Shown here: positions 1-7,937 of the stretch, one piece after another | Layout of the letters: each line of letters opens with the position of its first letter | Numbering within the stretch: position 1 is the stretch's first letter | From: Polyangiaceae bacterium | GTDB lineage: Bacteria; Myxococcota_A; Polyangia; Polyangiales; Polyangiaceae | Assembly: GCA_035547195.1 (NCBI GenBank) | Contig: DASZVB010000009.1 | Span: 2,122 to 66,121, forward strand | Reading direction: 5' to 3' | Length of the DNA stretch: 64,000 nt | Program-made: the position numbers and the translations under genes | The notes under the pieces: generated by a model | Told to the model about the DNA's origin: nothing | What the model saw: the letters and a program-made list of their open reading frames with translations, nothing else | The model's database searches: none

Positions 1-344
1 CGCCGCTCTTCCGGGCACATGCTCCCCGCGGCGAACGTGATGAAGGCGCCGATCCACCAGGTCGGAGAGCCATGATTGCCGATCAGCAAATACGAGTAGT
101 GCGCGACCAAGACGCAAAGCCAAACGACGAACAGGCTGGACAGATGCCGTTCGACCCAGCGGCTTCGACGACTTGCCACGACGAGGACGGCGCCGAGCGC
201 GACGACGCCGAGCCGGCTCCCGAGCGGGTTGAACGAACCCGGCAGCATCGCCTCCACCAGCACCCACCAGAGGAGATACGCGGTCGCCGCACTCGCCACG
301 ACGATGCGCAGGCGTTGCGTGTCACCTTGTTCGCTCTGAGCCAT
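1..344 (-). CDS. Membrane protein, N-terminal part (gene runs off the left edge)
   Basis: Not in the ORF track because there is no stop in the window. My translation of the minus strand from the ATG at 344 gives MAQSEQGDTQRLRIVVASAATAYLLWWVLVEAMLPGSFNPLGSRLGVVALGAVLVVASRR...WIGAFITFAAGSM. This has several hydrophobic helices and normal, non-Arg-rich composition. It looks like the membrane anchor of a sensor-type protein; function not assignable. Confidence 0.45.
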   Translation of the reverse strand, partial: MAQSEQGDTQRLRIVVASAATAYLLWWVLVEAMLPGSFNPLGSRLGVVALGAVLVVASRRSRWVERHLSSLFVVWLCVLVAHYSYLLIGNHGSPTWWIGAFITFAAGSMCPEER

Positions 345-455
345 GGCAGCGTCGCCCGGATCTTCGAAGCCTTGCTACGATTTTCGATCATACCGCCCGC
401 GGCGGAAAAAATCATCGGTTCGTAGCCGAGCTCGCACCCAAGTACACGGCCGCCG

Positions 456-1667
456 CTACAGCATCTGGGCCTTCCACTTATCGTTCGATTCCGGGGTGAT
501 CCAGGGCGATTTGCACATCTCACAATCGTCCCCCCAGAAGTAGCGCTTGGCCGCGGCGTCGCCGTTGACCCAGTAGCGGAGCCACGCCGTGATGGGCGCG
601 ATGTACCGGCCGCCGGCGGCGATCTCGGTGATGACGTCGAGATGGCCGATCGGGAGCGCCACCATGATGGCCGGTGCCGCGCTCAGCGTGCTCAAGGTCA
701 TTCTCATGTCGTCGATGACGTCCATCGTGCCGGTCATCATCAGCACCGGGCCGTGTGGATCCCCCGAGGTGTTGTGGTCGTGGATGACCACCGTCGTCAT
801 GACGGCGGGATGATTGGAGAGATTGACCGACGCGCCGGCGCCGATCGAGTAACCCATGGCGATCGCGCGATCGACGGCGAGCTTGCCCTGGAAGACGCCG
901 GGTTGCGTGTTCTGCGCGATGATCCAGTCGAGCCCGTCTTTCATCGCTTGCAGGTTCGCCGGATCCCCGGGACCCCCGCTCAGGCTGTTCACGCAGATGG
1001 TGACGAAGCCGTGCGACGAGAGCTGATTCAGGAGCGTGGTGTAGATGTTGAGCAGGCCGCCCGGAGCACACGAGGTGAGGATCCCGGGGCCGAAGACGAT
1101 CGGTGAGTGGACGAATCCGTTCGCGCCGAGCGGATCGGGTCTGTAGATCGTGTAGTTGTTGCCGGGGCCCGTGTTGCCGGTCACCGTGGTCTTGAAAGGA
1201 CCGGGCTTCGTGTAGTCGTCGATCGGCGGGAGCGCCTGATTCACGGACGCGCCGCCTGCGCCCGCCGCCCCCCCCGCCCCCGCTGCGCCGCCGCTCGTGG
1301 CACCTGCTGCGCCCGTCGTGCCGCCACTCGACGTGGTGCCTGCCGCTCCCGCCGCAGCACCGGCTACCCCGCTGACGCCGCCCGACGACGACGGCATCAT
1401 CGACGTCGTTTGGCCACCGCTGGCGGGCGGTGGCGCGCCGGCGCTACCGGCTTGGGCTGACGGCGGAGACGACGCCGTCGTGCCGCCGGAACCTTGCGTC
1501 GTGCTGGCGGCGGGTGGCGCCGAAGTATCGCCGCCCGCAGCGGGGACCAGCGACGTACTGCACGGCGAAACGGAGCACACAGCGCCGCTTGGATTCTTCG
1601 AGGTGCTGGAGCACGCGGCGAGCAAGCCTGCGATCGCCAGCGCGACACCGAGGGGCTCGAGTTTCAT
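456..1667 (-). CDS. Secreted lipoprotein alpha/beta-hydrolase (cutinase/PETase-like or dienelactone-hydrolase-fold esterase)
   Basis: 403-aa ORF with GGAGG 7 nt upstream of the ATG (1675-1679). MKLEPLGVALAIAGLLAAC is a signal peptide with a canonical lipobox. A ~140-aa Gly/Ala/Ser/Thr/Pro linker follows. The C-terminal domain has the nucleophile elbow GYSIG and the layout YTIYRP...SHGFV...GYSIG...WLRYWVNGD, which parallels polyesterase-type hydrolases. Confidence 0.8.
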   Translation of the reverse strand: MKLEPLGVALAIAGLLAACSSTSKNPSGAVCSVSPCSTSLVPAAGGDTSAPPAASTTQGSGGTTASSPPSAQAGSAGAPPPASGGQTTSMMPSSSGGVSGVAGAAAGAAGTTSSGGTTGAAGATSGGAAGAGGAAGAGGASVNQALPPIDDYTKPGPFKTTVTGNTGPGNNYTIYRPDPLGANGFVHSPIVFGPGILTSCAPGGLLNIYTTLLNQLSSHGFVTICVNSLSGGPGDPANLQAMKDGLDWIIAQNTQPGVFQGKLAVDRAIAMGYSIGAGASVNLSNHPAVMTTVVIHDHNTSGDPHGPVLMMTGTMDVIDDMRMTLSTLSAAPAIMVALPIGHLDVITEIAAGGRYIAPITAWLRYWVNGDAAAKRYFWGDDCEMCKSPWITPESNDKWKAQML

Positions 1668-1892
1668 GAATCCGCCTCCGGGCTTGCAGGCCTTGCGTCG
1701 AAGGCACGGCTTGCCCGAGAAGGATACATTTCGAGTGACGAGCGCCGACGGTTGCGGGAGGCCGTTTTCTTAACCGACTTCGCCGAGCGCGCCTCCGTGC
1801 ACGCGCGCATTCGAGAATCTTACGGCGTCGCTCGATTCGACCGCGTCGCGCGTCTCAGCTCGTCGATCGGTACGGCGGGGGCGACCGACAAT

Positions 1893-2624
1893 CTAGTCCG
1901 ATCGCGACGCGGTCGATGCGTCCGCGCCCTTCACGGCCGGCAGCGACGCGACGTACGCCTCGGTCGCCGGCGTTCTCCCGAGCGCGCATTCCCACTCGCA
2001 ATACGGATCGTGGCGCACGGTGCTGGCGATCACCGTCGAGGAGAGCTCGAACCCGACGAGCCGCGCGTACTCTTCCAGGAAGTAACCCTGCAGGCGCACG
2101 AAGCCTTCGCTCGGAATGAAGAACTCGAACAAGCGCACCACGACGACGTTGCGTTCGGGACGGGCCCCGACGACCTCGACGCGACCGGTGTCGTGATACT
2201 CGCTCCACAGCAGCGACGCGCGGCGGAAGAAGCTCGCGGGGGTCGTCGCGACCGCGAACGCGCTGTGGACGCCGGTTGCCGGGGACATAGCGCGCGCGCC
2301 CTTCGGAGGCCTACCCCCGATGTCCAGCTGGACGCTGAAGCGCGCGAAGTAGCGAAAGACGTCTCCGCCGACCGTGTCGGGGTTCAGCGTCTTGACCAGC
2401 GCTTCGAGCAGCACCCAGTAATCGCGCTCGGGGTACCAGTGGGATACGCGGATCGGATCGTCGAGGTACCGCCACATCGACGGCGGCAAGAAGTTCCACG
2501 CGTTCGGGTTTCTCTTCAGCGCCTGCACGACCGGAAGCACCGAGGTGCCTTTTTGAGAAGGGGGCCTGCTCACGCTTCGTATTTCCTCAGGCCAGTCTCG
2601 CGACCCGGGTCGCTCGGGTACCAT
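1893..2624 (-). CDS. Hypothetical cytoplasmic protein
   Basis: 243-aa ORF with an ATG start and balanced composition (W/Y/F-rich, not Arg-rich). I cannot name a motif with certainty. It may belong to the myxobacterial DUF2378/TIGR02265 family, unverified. Confidence 0.6.
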   Translation of the reverse strand: MVPERPGSRDWPEEIRSVSRPPSQKGTSVLPVVQALKRNPNAWNFLPPSMWRYLDDPIRVSHWYPERDYWVLLEALVKTLNPDTVGGDVFRYFARFSVQLDIGGRPPKGARAMSPATGVHSAFAVATTPASFFRRASLLWSEYHDTGRVEVVGARPERNVVVVRLFEFFIPSEGFVRLQGYFLEEYARLVGFELSSTVIASTVRHDPYCEWECALGRTPATEAYVASLPAVKGADASTASRSD

Positions 2625-3320
2625 CAGTAACGGCCGGCAAAGCCGGACGGAATAGTTCTCGAGCGCCGTCGGGCGCTTTTCGGCTCATTCACGCCGGCGT
2701 GGCCGCGTCCATCGAGAGAAATGGGCCTTCACGGTTTCCGTTGACGCGGTGATCCATCGGCGCCGTGGCGCGCCCCCGGCCGCTGGTCCGGACGCTTCGT
2801 AAAACCCTAGAGCGAAAGGAGCGGCGGTTCGTGTCCGTGAAATCACGGGACCGACGAGGAGACCAGCCCTCGCTGCCGTCAAGTCATGTTGTCGCTTCCC
2901 GCCGGATGGCGCGGCGTGAACAAGCGTCCATGTTGGTGGTCGGAAATAGCTCGAACCGTTAGCGCCTGTCGTCCCGTTCACGGCGAGGTCTTCGTGACGC
3001 TTCGAACCGAAAGGGCTCGACCGGCTCGACCGACACGGGATCACGAGTGGATTGCTCGAGCGCTCATCGTGTCTCTGTCGCGCTCGCGCCGGATGAACGA
3101 GCACCCACGAGCGCCAGCAATTCACTTCACATGCCTTTTCACTTCCAGGAGCGCGCGCCGATCGCGCGCACCTCGACTCGATCGCTGCAGCAAACAGAGC
3201 ATTTTTTGCTGTATTCCGAAGATCGCGCGCGTCTGCAATGGCACTCGTTTTCGACGCGACGATGGTCCATTTAAAAGGTGGACCGCCTCCACGAGCGGCC
3301 GACGAGGAAGGATTCGAAAC

Positions 3321-4643
3321 ATGCTTTCGAGCGCGAGGGCCGAACGTTGCAAGAGGAGTGTCGTCGCGAAGCTGCTCGAGATGGCAGTGTGTGGAGGAGC
3401 GATCGCGTTCTACGGCTGTTCGTCGGCGTCGCCGTCGGCGGCGCCGGGCGGAAGCGCTCAGTCGAGCAAGAGCACGACGTGCGGCAACGGCGTGGTCGAT
3501 CCCGGTGAACCTTGCGACGGCGCGCTGCTGCAGGGAGCGACCTGCAGCAGCGTGACGAACGGCGCGTTCCCCATCGGGAACCTGGCGTGCGCGCCGGATT
3601 GCAACGGATTCAACGAGAGCGGCTGCACGAATCCTTCCGGCGAGACCGCGCCTCCGCCGCCGCCGCCTCCGTCGGGCAACGGCGGTGCGGAGGGAAACCC
3701 GCCGCCCTCCGGCGCGGGCGGCTCTCCCATTTCACCGCCGGGCGCGGGCGGCGCGCCGCCGCTCGGTGGCGGTGGAACTCCGCCGATCGGCGCGGGCGGC
3801 TTCACACCCATCGGCAACGGCGGAACACCGGTCGGCACGGGCGGCATGACGCCCGTGGGGCAGGCCGGCACGCCGCCGACGCAGGGCCCGATGGACCCGC
3901 AGATCCCCGCCGTGACCGGAGACTGCCCGCAATGGGGCAACACGACGATCACGTACATGGGTCTGTCGGGGATCCAGATCGCCGCGGGTATCAAGGCGCC
4001 CGGGCCCACGGCGCCGATGCTCATCTACTGGCACGGCACCGGCTCGACGTCGGGTGAGTTCGCGCTCATGGCGGCGCCGGTCGCCAGCGGCGTCACCGCT
4101 GCCGGCGGGGTCATCGTGTCGTTCCAGAACACGACCGGCGGTGACCTGAACTCCGGCACGTTCATCTTCGGCGCCGGCGATCTGAACATCATCGATCAGA
4201 TGGTCGCGTGCGCGGTGCGCGACTACAACATCGACCCGCGAAAGATCTACAGCATGGGCTGCAGCGCCGGCGGCCTCATGGCGACGGCCACCGGAGCCTT
4301 GCGGTCCTCGTACATCGCCGCCGTCTCGCCGAACTCGGGCGGCTTCCCCGTCTTGTCGCCGGCGTTCCAGAACGGCCACACGCCGCCGCTCATGACCGTG
4401 CACGGCATGAAGGGCGAGGACGTGGTCGTGATCGACTTCTCCGACGCCAGCGCGCTCGCCGACATGATCTACAAGCAGCGCGGCGGCTTCGTGATCGACT
4501 GCGACACCGGCGGGGGCCACTGCGGCGGCGCCGGCCTCGCGGGCGACGCTTGGACGTTTCTCCAGGCGCACCCGTTCGGCGTCAGCCCGGAGCCGTGGAC
4601 GAGCCTCCCCCCGGGCTTCTCGAGCCAGTGCAAGATCCAGTAG
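3321..4643 (+). CDS. Secreted lipoprotein esterase (Cys-rich repeat + Pro/Gly linker + alpha/beta-hydrolase), copy 1
   Basis: In frame with track ORF 2886..4643; I choose the ATG at 3321 (MLSSARAERCKRSVVAKLLEMAVCGGAIAFYGCSS signal/lipobox). The TTCGNGVVDPGEPCDG...C module resembles the myxobacterial Cys-rich repeat. A PPPPPPSGNGG...GGTPP linker follows. The esterase domain has LIYWHGTGSTSGE and the GCSAGG nucleophile elbow (4257-4271). It is a paralog of 61217..62542. Confidence 0.85.
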   Translation: MLSSARAERCKRSVVAKLLEMAVCGGAIAFYGCSSASPSAAPGGSAQSSKSTTCGNGVVDPGEPCDGALLQGATCSSVTNGAFPIGNLACAPDCNGFNESGCTNPSGETAPPPPPPPSGNGGAEGNPPPSGAGGSPISPPGAGGAPPLGGGGTPPIGAGGFTPIGNGGTPVGTGGMTPVGQAGTPPTQGPMDPQIPAVTGDCPQWGNTTITYMGLSGIQIAAGIKAPGPTAPMLIYWHGTGSTSGEFALMAAPVASGVTAAGGVIVSFQNTTGGDLNSGTFIFGAGDLNIIDQMVACAVRDYNIDPRKIYSMGCSAGGLMATATGALRSSYIAAVSPNSGGFPVLSPAFQNGHTPPLMTVHGMKGEDVVVIDFSDASALADMIYKQRGGFVIDCDTGGGHCGGAGLAGDAWTFLQAHPFGVSPEPWTSLPPGFSSQCKIQ

Positions 4644-4663
4644 CGTGAAGACGACGAAACCTC

Positions 4664-4714
4664 GCGCCGCTCACGACGGAGCGGCGCAAGGTCCCGAATC
4701 GTCCTCGGAGGACG
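4664..4714. terminator. Two GC-rich hairpins in a 75-nt convergent intergenic gap
   Basis: gcgccgctc-acgacg-gagcggcgc forms a perfect 9-bp stem (4664-4687). cgtcctc/gaggacg forms a second stem (4700-4714). They lie between the stops of 3321..4643 (+) and 4719..6236 (-). There is no U-tract, so they are factor-independent terminators only by position. Confidence 0.35.
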
Positions 4715-4718
4715 TGCG

Positions 4719-6236
4719 CTACGGAGCGCCGCCGTCAGCGCCGCCGGAGGTGATGCACGTCCGCGCGTCGTCGACGCATTGACGAACCTGACCACCGCCG
4801 TTGACACATTTGACGAGCTCCTCGAAGCACGCCTGAGCGGCGGGTATCGAGGGGCGCGGCGGAACGTGGACGCCGGGGAGTCCGCTCGGCAAAGGCGGGA
4901 GTCCGCTCGGCAAAGGCGGCAGACCCGACGGCAACCCGCTCGGCAAGGGCGGCAGACCCGACGGCAATCCGCTCGGCAGCGGCGGTAGCCCAGACGGCAA
5001 CCCGCTCAGCAAGGGCGGTAGCCCAGACGGCAAACCCGTCGGCAGCGGCGGGAGGCCCGACGGCAATCCGCTCGGCAGCGGCGGTAGACCCGACGGCAAT
5101 CCGCCCGGCAGCGACGGGAAGCCCGACGGCAAGCCGCTCGGCAGCGGCGGCAAGCCATTCGGCAATCCGCCGAGCATCGGAGGTAGCCCCTGCGGGAGCG
5201 AGGGCAGGCCCGACGGCAAGCCACTCGGCAGCGGCGGCATCACCGGGAGTCCCGACGGCAGCGACGGAAGTCCGTGGTTGCCCATCTGGATCTGCGGGAA
5301 GCCGGGCAGCGAATGCGAGCCTGACGGGAGTCCACTCGGCAGCGGCGGCAGACCCGACGGCAAGCCACTCGGCAGCGGCGGCAACCCGCTCGGCAACGGC
5401 GGCAAGCCGCTCGGAAGCCCGCTCGGCAGCGGTGGCAGACCCGACGGCAAGCCACTCGGCAGCGGCGGCAGACCCGAGGGCAATCCGCCCGGTAGCGATG
5501 GGAAGCCCGAGGGCAATCCACTCGGCAGCGGCGGCAAGCCCGAGGGCAACCCGCTCGGAATCGGCGGCAAACCGGAAGGAAGCCCCGTCGGCAAAGGCGG
5601 TAGCCCGGACGGCAAACCCGTGGGCAGCGGCGGCAAACCCGACGGCAATCCGCTCGGCAGCGGCGGCAAGCCCGACGGCAAGCCGCCCGGAATCGGCGGG
5701 AGCCCGCTCGGCAGCGGCGGCAACCCGCTCGGCAAACCCGACGGCAATCCGCTCGGCGTCGGCGGCGTGGGCAGCGAGACGCCGGCGTCCGCGGCGACGT
5801 TGCCGAGGCACTCGCGCAGCGCGGCTTCACACTGCGCGCCCTGCGTCGGCGCGCAATGCGCTCGCGTGTCGAAGCAAGCGTTGAGCGCCTTGATCAGCGC
5901 CTCCGCGCTCGCTTGCGCGGCTTGCACGCAGCTCTGTTCCTGCTTGTCGCACGCGGCGAATTTCGTGGTGTCGCCCGCGGCGCTGCGACGGCACGTCGCC
6001 GCGTCGTCGGCGCACGTTCGCGCGCTCGACGCGAACGAGGTGTACGCCTGCTGCACCGACTCGACGCTGGGGTCGACGGCAACGGCGGGCGATCCGACGG
6101 GTGCGCCGGGCGCGCTGCCTTGCACCGCCGAGCCGGTGTCCGAACCGCTGCTGCAACCTGCGGCGATGCCCAGCGCGACGCCGATGCAACCGCCGATCCC
6201 AATTGCCAGAAATTTACCCTCGCGAATTCTCATCAC
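4719..6236 (-). CDS. Lipoprotein with Cys-rich helical end domains and a ~300-aa (G)LPSGLPPLPS repeat core
   Basis: 505-aa ORF. MMRIREGKFLAIGIGGCIGVALGIAAGCSS is a signal peptide plus lipobox. The N-terminal domain has paired Cys (CADDAATC, ACDKQEQSC, CFDTRAHC...C...C). The central part is an 11-residue proline-rich repeat. The C-terminal domain is Cys-rich (ACFEELVKC...QCVDDARTC). Confidence 0.8.
   Translation of the reverse strand: MMRIREGKFLAIGIGGCIGVALGIAAGCSSGSDTGSAVQGSAPGAPVGSPAVAVDPSVESVQQAYTSFASSARTCADDAATCRRSAAGDTTKFAACDKQEQSCVQAAQASAEALIKALNACFDTRAHCAPTQGAQCEAALRECLGNVAADAGVSLPTPPTPSGLPSGLPSGLPPLPSGLPPIPGGLPSGLPPLPSGLPSGLPPLPTGLPSGLPPLPTGLPSGLPPIPSGLPSGLPPLPSGLPSGFPSLPGGLPSGLPPLPSGLPSGLPPLPSGLPSGLPPLPSGLPPLPSGLPSGLPPLPSGLPSGSHSLPGFPQIQMGNHGLPSLPSGLPVMPPLPSGLPSGLPSLPQGLPPMLGGLPNGLPPLPSGLPSGFPSLPGGLPSGLPPLPSGLPSGLPPLPTGLPSGLPPLLSGLPSGLPPLPSGLPSGLPPLPSGLPSGLPPLPSGLPPLPSGLPGVHVPPRPSIPAAQACFEELVKCVNGGGQVRQCVDDARTCITSGGADGGAP
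4875..5774 (-). repeat. In-frame 33-bp tandem repeat array (about 27 units, some 21-bp variants)
   Basis: On the + strand the unit cagacccgacggcaa(g/t/c)ccgctcggcagcggcgg recurs head to tail with point differences. It is interrupted once near 5230-5330 by a unique segment (GSHSLPGFPQIQMGNHGLPS). It lies entirely inside CDS 4719..6236. Confidence 0.9.
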
Positions 6237-6330
6237 ATGCTCCTACAGGGGTGCGCCGGCCGTACTGGGTCCACCCGCGCGGCGGAGCGATCATCCCGCT
6301 GGTATTTTTTTGGTATTTTGCACCGTCGGA

Positions 6331-6357
6331 GAAACTTTCCGTCTCTGGGAGATCTCT
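6331..6357 (+). promoter_or_regulatory. Candidate ECF-type promoter upstream of the sigma gene
   Basis: GAAACTT (6331-6337), a 15-nt spacer, then TCTCT (6353-6357), about 50 nt upstream of the ATG at 6409. This resembles the GGAACTT-N16-TCTxA pattern of RpoE-like ECF promoters. Motif match by eye only. Confidence 0.25.
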
Positions 6358-6408
6358 CACGAAAGTGATCGGTCCGCGGCTCTGCTAGACACATCTCCTT
6401 AGAGAAAG

Positions 6409-7038
6409 ATGTCGCGCTGGGCCGCCGCTCCACCCTTCATGACGCCGAAGGTCGACGCGGAGGACTGCCAGGGGCTCCTTGCGCTCGCGCAGCGCGCGGC
6501 GAACGGGGACGACGGCGCGGCGCGCGAGCTGTTGCAAGCGGTCGCGCCGGCCATGCACCGCGCGATCGTCGGCGTGCTCGGGACGAACCACGCGGAAATC
6601 GACGACGTCTCGCAAGAGTCGATGATCGGCTTCTTGCGGGCCCTCGGCGCGTTCCGCGGCGAATGTCATCCGGCGGGCTACGCCGCGCGCATCGCGCTGC
6701 ACACCGCGCTGCGCGCGCGAAGAAGGGCGAAGCTCGAGCGCACGCGCACCGACGAAATCGCGCGGCTCTCGCCCGAAGAGCCGTCGCTGCCGGCGGCGGA
6801 ACCGAGCGCGGAACGGCGCCGCAACGCGCTTCGAGGCTTGCTCGAAGACCTGCCGCCCGAGCAGGCGGAGACGCTCGCTCTCCGCGTCGTCCTCGGATGG
6901 AGCCTCGAAGAAGTCGCGATCGCGACGGGGGCGCCGATCAACACCGTGCGCAGCCGCGTGCGGCTCGCGAAAGAAGCGCTGCGCCGCCGCCTCGAAGAAG
7001 ACCCGCGTCTCGTCGAGGAGCTGGAGGTCGAGTCGTGA
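6409..7038 (+). CDS. ECF (sigma-70 family, group 4) RNA polymerase sigma factor
   Basis: 209 aa. The region-2-like segment is DDVSQESMIGFLRALGAFRGE...YAARIALHTAL. The region-4 HTH is LPPEQAETLALRVVLGWSLEEVAIATGAPINTVRSRVRLAKEALRRRL. Confidence 0.9.
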   Translation: MSRWAAAPPFMTPKVDAEDCQGLLALAQRAANGDDGAARELLQAVAPAMHRAIVGVLGTNHAEIDDVSQESMIGFLRALGAFRGECHPAGYAARIALHTALRARRRAKLERTRTDEIARLSPEEPSLPAAEPSAERRRNALRGLLEDLPPEQAETLALRVVLGWSLEEVAIATGAPINTVRSRVRLAKEALRRRLEEDPRLVEELEVES

Positions 7039-7937
7039 GCGTCGTCGACCTTCACCCCGAAGATCTGCTCGACAAGGCCGTGCACGGAGCGCTGACCGAC
7101 GCCGAGCGGGCGCGGCTCGATGCCCACGTCGCCACCTGCGCGGTGTGCCGCTTCGAGCTCATGGCGCGAGACGACTTCGCGGCGCTCGCCGAGCCACGCG
7201 CGCGAGCTCCGCGCGTCGAAGCGCCGCTCGCGCCCCCGGCGCCCGAGCTCGTCGCGCGCGGCGCGGGGCGATCGCGCCGGCGCGGGCTCGTCGTGGGTCT
7301 GGCCGCGGCGCTCGTCGGAGGGATGAGCTTCGCGGCGCTGTCCGCCGGGCTCGTGCCGTTCCCGCGAGAGAAACCCGCGCCGAACGCGGAGCGCGCGACG
7401 GCCGTCGTTTCCGCGCGCGCCGCTGCCGTCCGCGCCGTCGATGCGCCCGCGCCGCCCGCTCCATCTTCGGGCGACGAGCCCGTTCGCGCCGACGCGCCGT
7501 CGGTGAACACGCGCCTCGAGAAAGAGCGCACGTCTCCGCGCGCGCGGGGACATGGCGTGCCCGCTGCGGCGGAGCTGTTCAGCGCGGCGAACGGAGCGCG
7601 GCGATCTCACGACGTCGAGCGCGCGATCTCGCTGTACCGTGAGCTCGAGTCGCGCTATCCGCAGTCGGAGGAGGCGCGGGTCTCGTACGCGACGCTCGCG
7701 ACGCTCTTGCTCGACCGCGGCGACGCGCGCGACGCGCTCGACGGATTCGACCGGTATCTCTCCCGTGGAGGCAGCGCGCTCGGCGAAGAAGCGCTCGTGG
7801 GCCGCGCGCTCGCGTTCCAGAAGCTCGGCGCGGAGGACAACGAGCTCGCCGCGTGGCGAGAAGTGCTGCGCCGGTTCCCCGGATCGGTGCACGCGGCCGT
7901 TGCGAGGGCGCGGCTCGCCGCCTTGGGCCAGCGGTGA
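7035..7937 (+). CDS. Anti-sigma factor (zf-HC2 N-terminus, one TM helix, TPR-like periplasmic part)
   Basis: The GTG at 7035 overlaps the sigma stop (GTGA) and is in frame with track ORF 6663..7937. HVATCAVC fits the H-x3-C-x2-C anti-sigma zinc motif. LVVGLAAALVGGMSFAALSAGLV is the TM helix. The C-terminus (YRELESRYPQSEEARVSYATLATLLLDRGDARDAL...) is TPR-like. Confidence 0.8.
   Translation: MSVVDLHPEDLLDKAVHGALTDAERARLDAHVATCAVCRFELMARDDFAALAEPRARAPRVEAPLAPPAPELVARGAGRSRRRGLVVGLAAALVGGMSFAALSAGLVPFPREKPAPNAERATAVVSARAAAVRAVDAPAPPAPSSGDEPVRADAPSVNTRLEKERTSPRARGHGVPAAAELFSAANGARRSHDVERAISLYRELESRYPQSEEARVSYATLATLLLDRGDARDALDGFDRYLSRGGSALGEEALVGRALAFQKLGAEDNELAAWREVLRRFPGSVHAAVARARLAALGQR

Noticed and set aside
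2685-3125. 146-aa minus-strand ORF and small + strand ORFs (2765..2962, 3047..3274) in the long gap before esterase copy 1
   Set aside because: They have Arg/Ser-rich, motif-free translations in a lower-GC region, with no RBS-like context. I treat the region as non-coding leader.
3239-3253. Sigma-54-like element TGGCAC-N5-TTCG upstream of esterase copy 1
   Set aside because: The -12 element is mismatched (TTCG instead of TTGC). The motif is not retained at the homologous position upstream of copy 2.
4875-5774. Regular ~33-bp periodicity that could be mistaken for a CRISPR array
   Set aside because: The units are contiguous with no unique spacers, they are in frame within a CDS, and no cas genes are present.
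5278-6402. 374-aa + strand ORF (GKPLGSGGRPDG... repeats) opposite the PSGLP lipoprotein gene
   Set aside because: It is the mirror image of the tandem repeat read on the other strand. It has no signal peptide or sensible termini. The minus-strand product has a lipobox and structured end domains.
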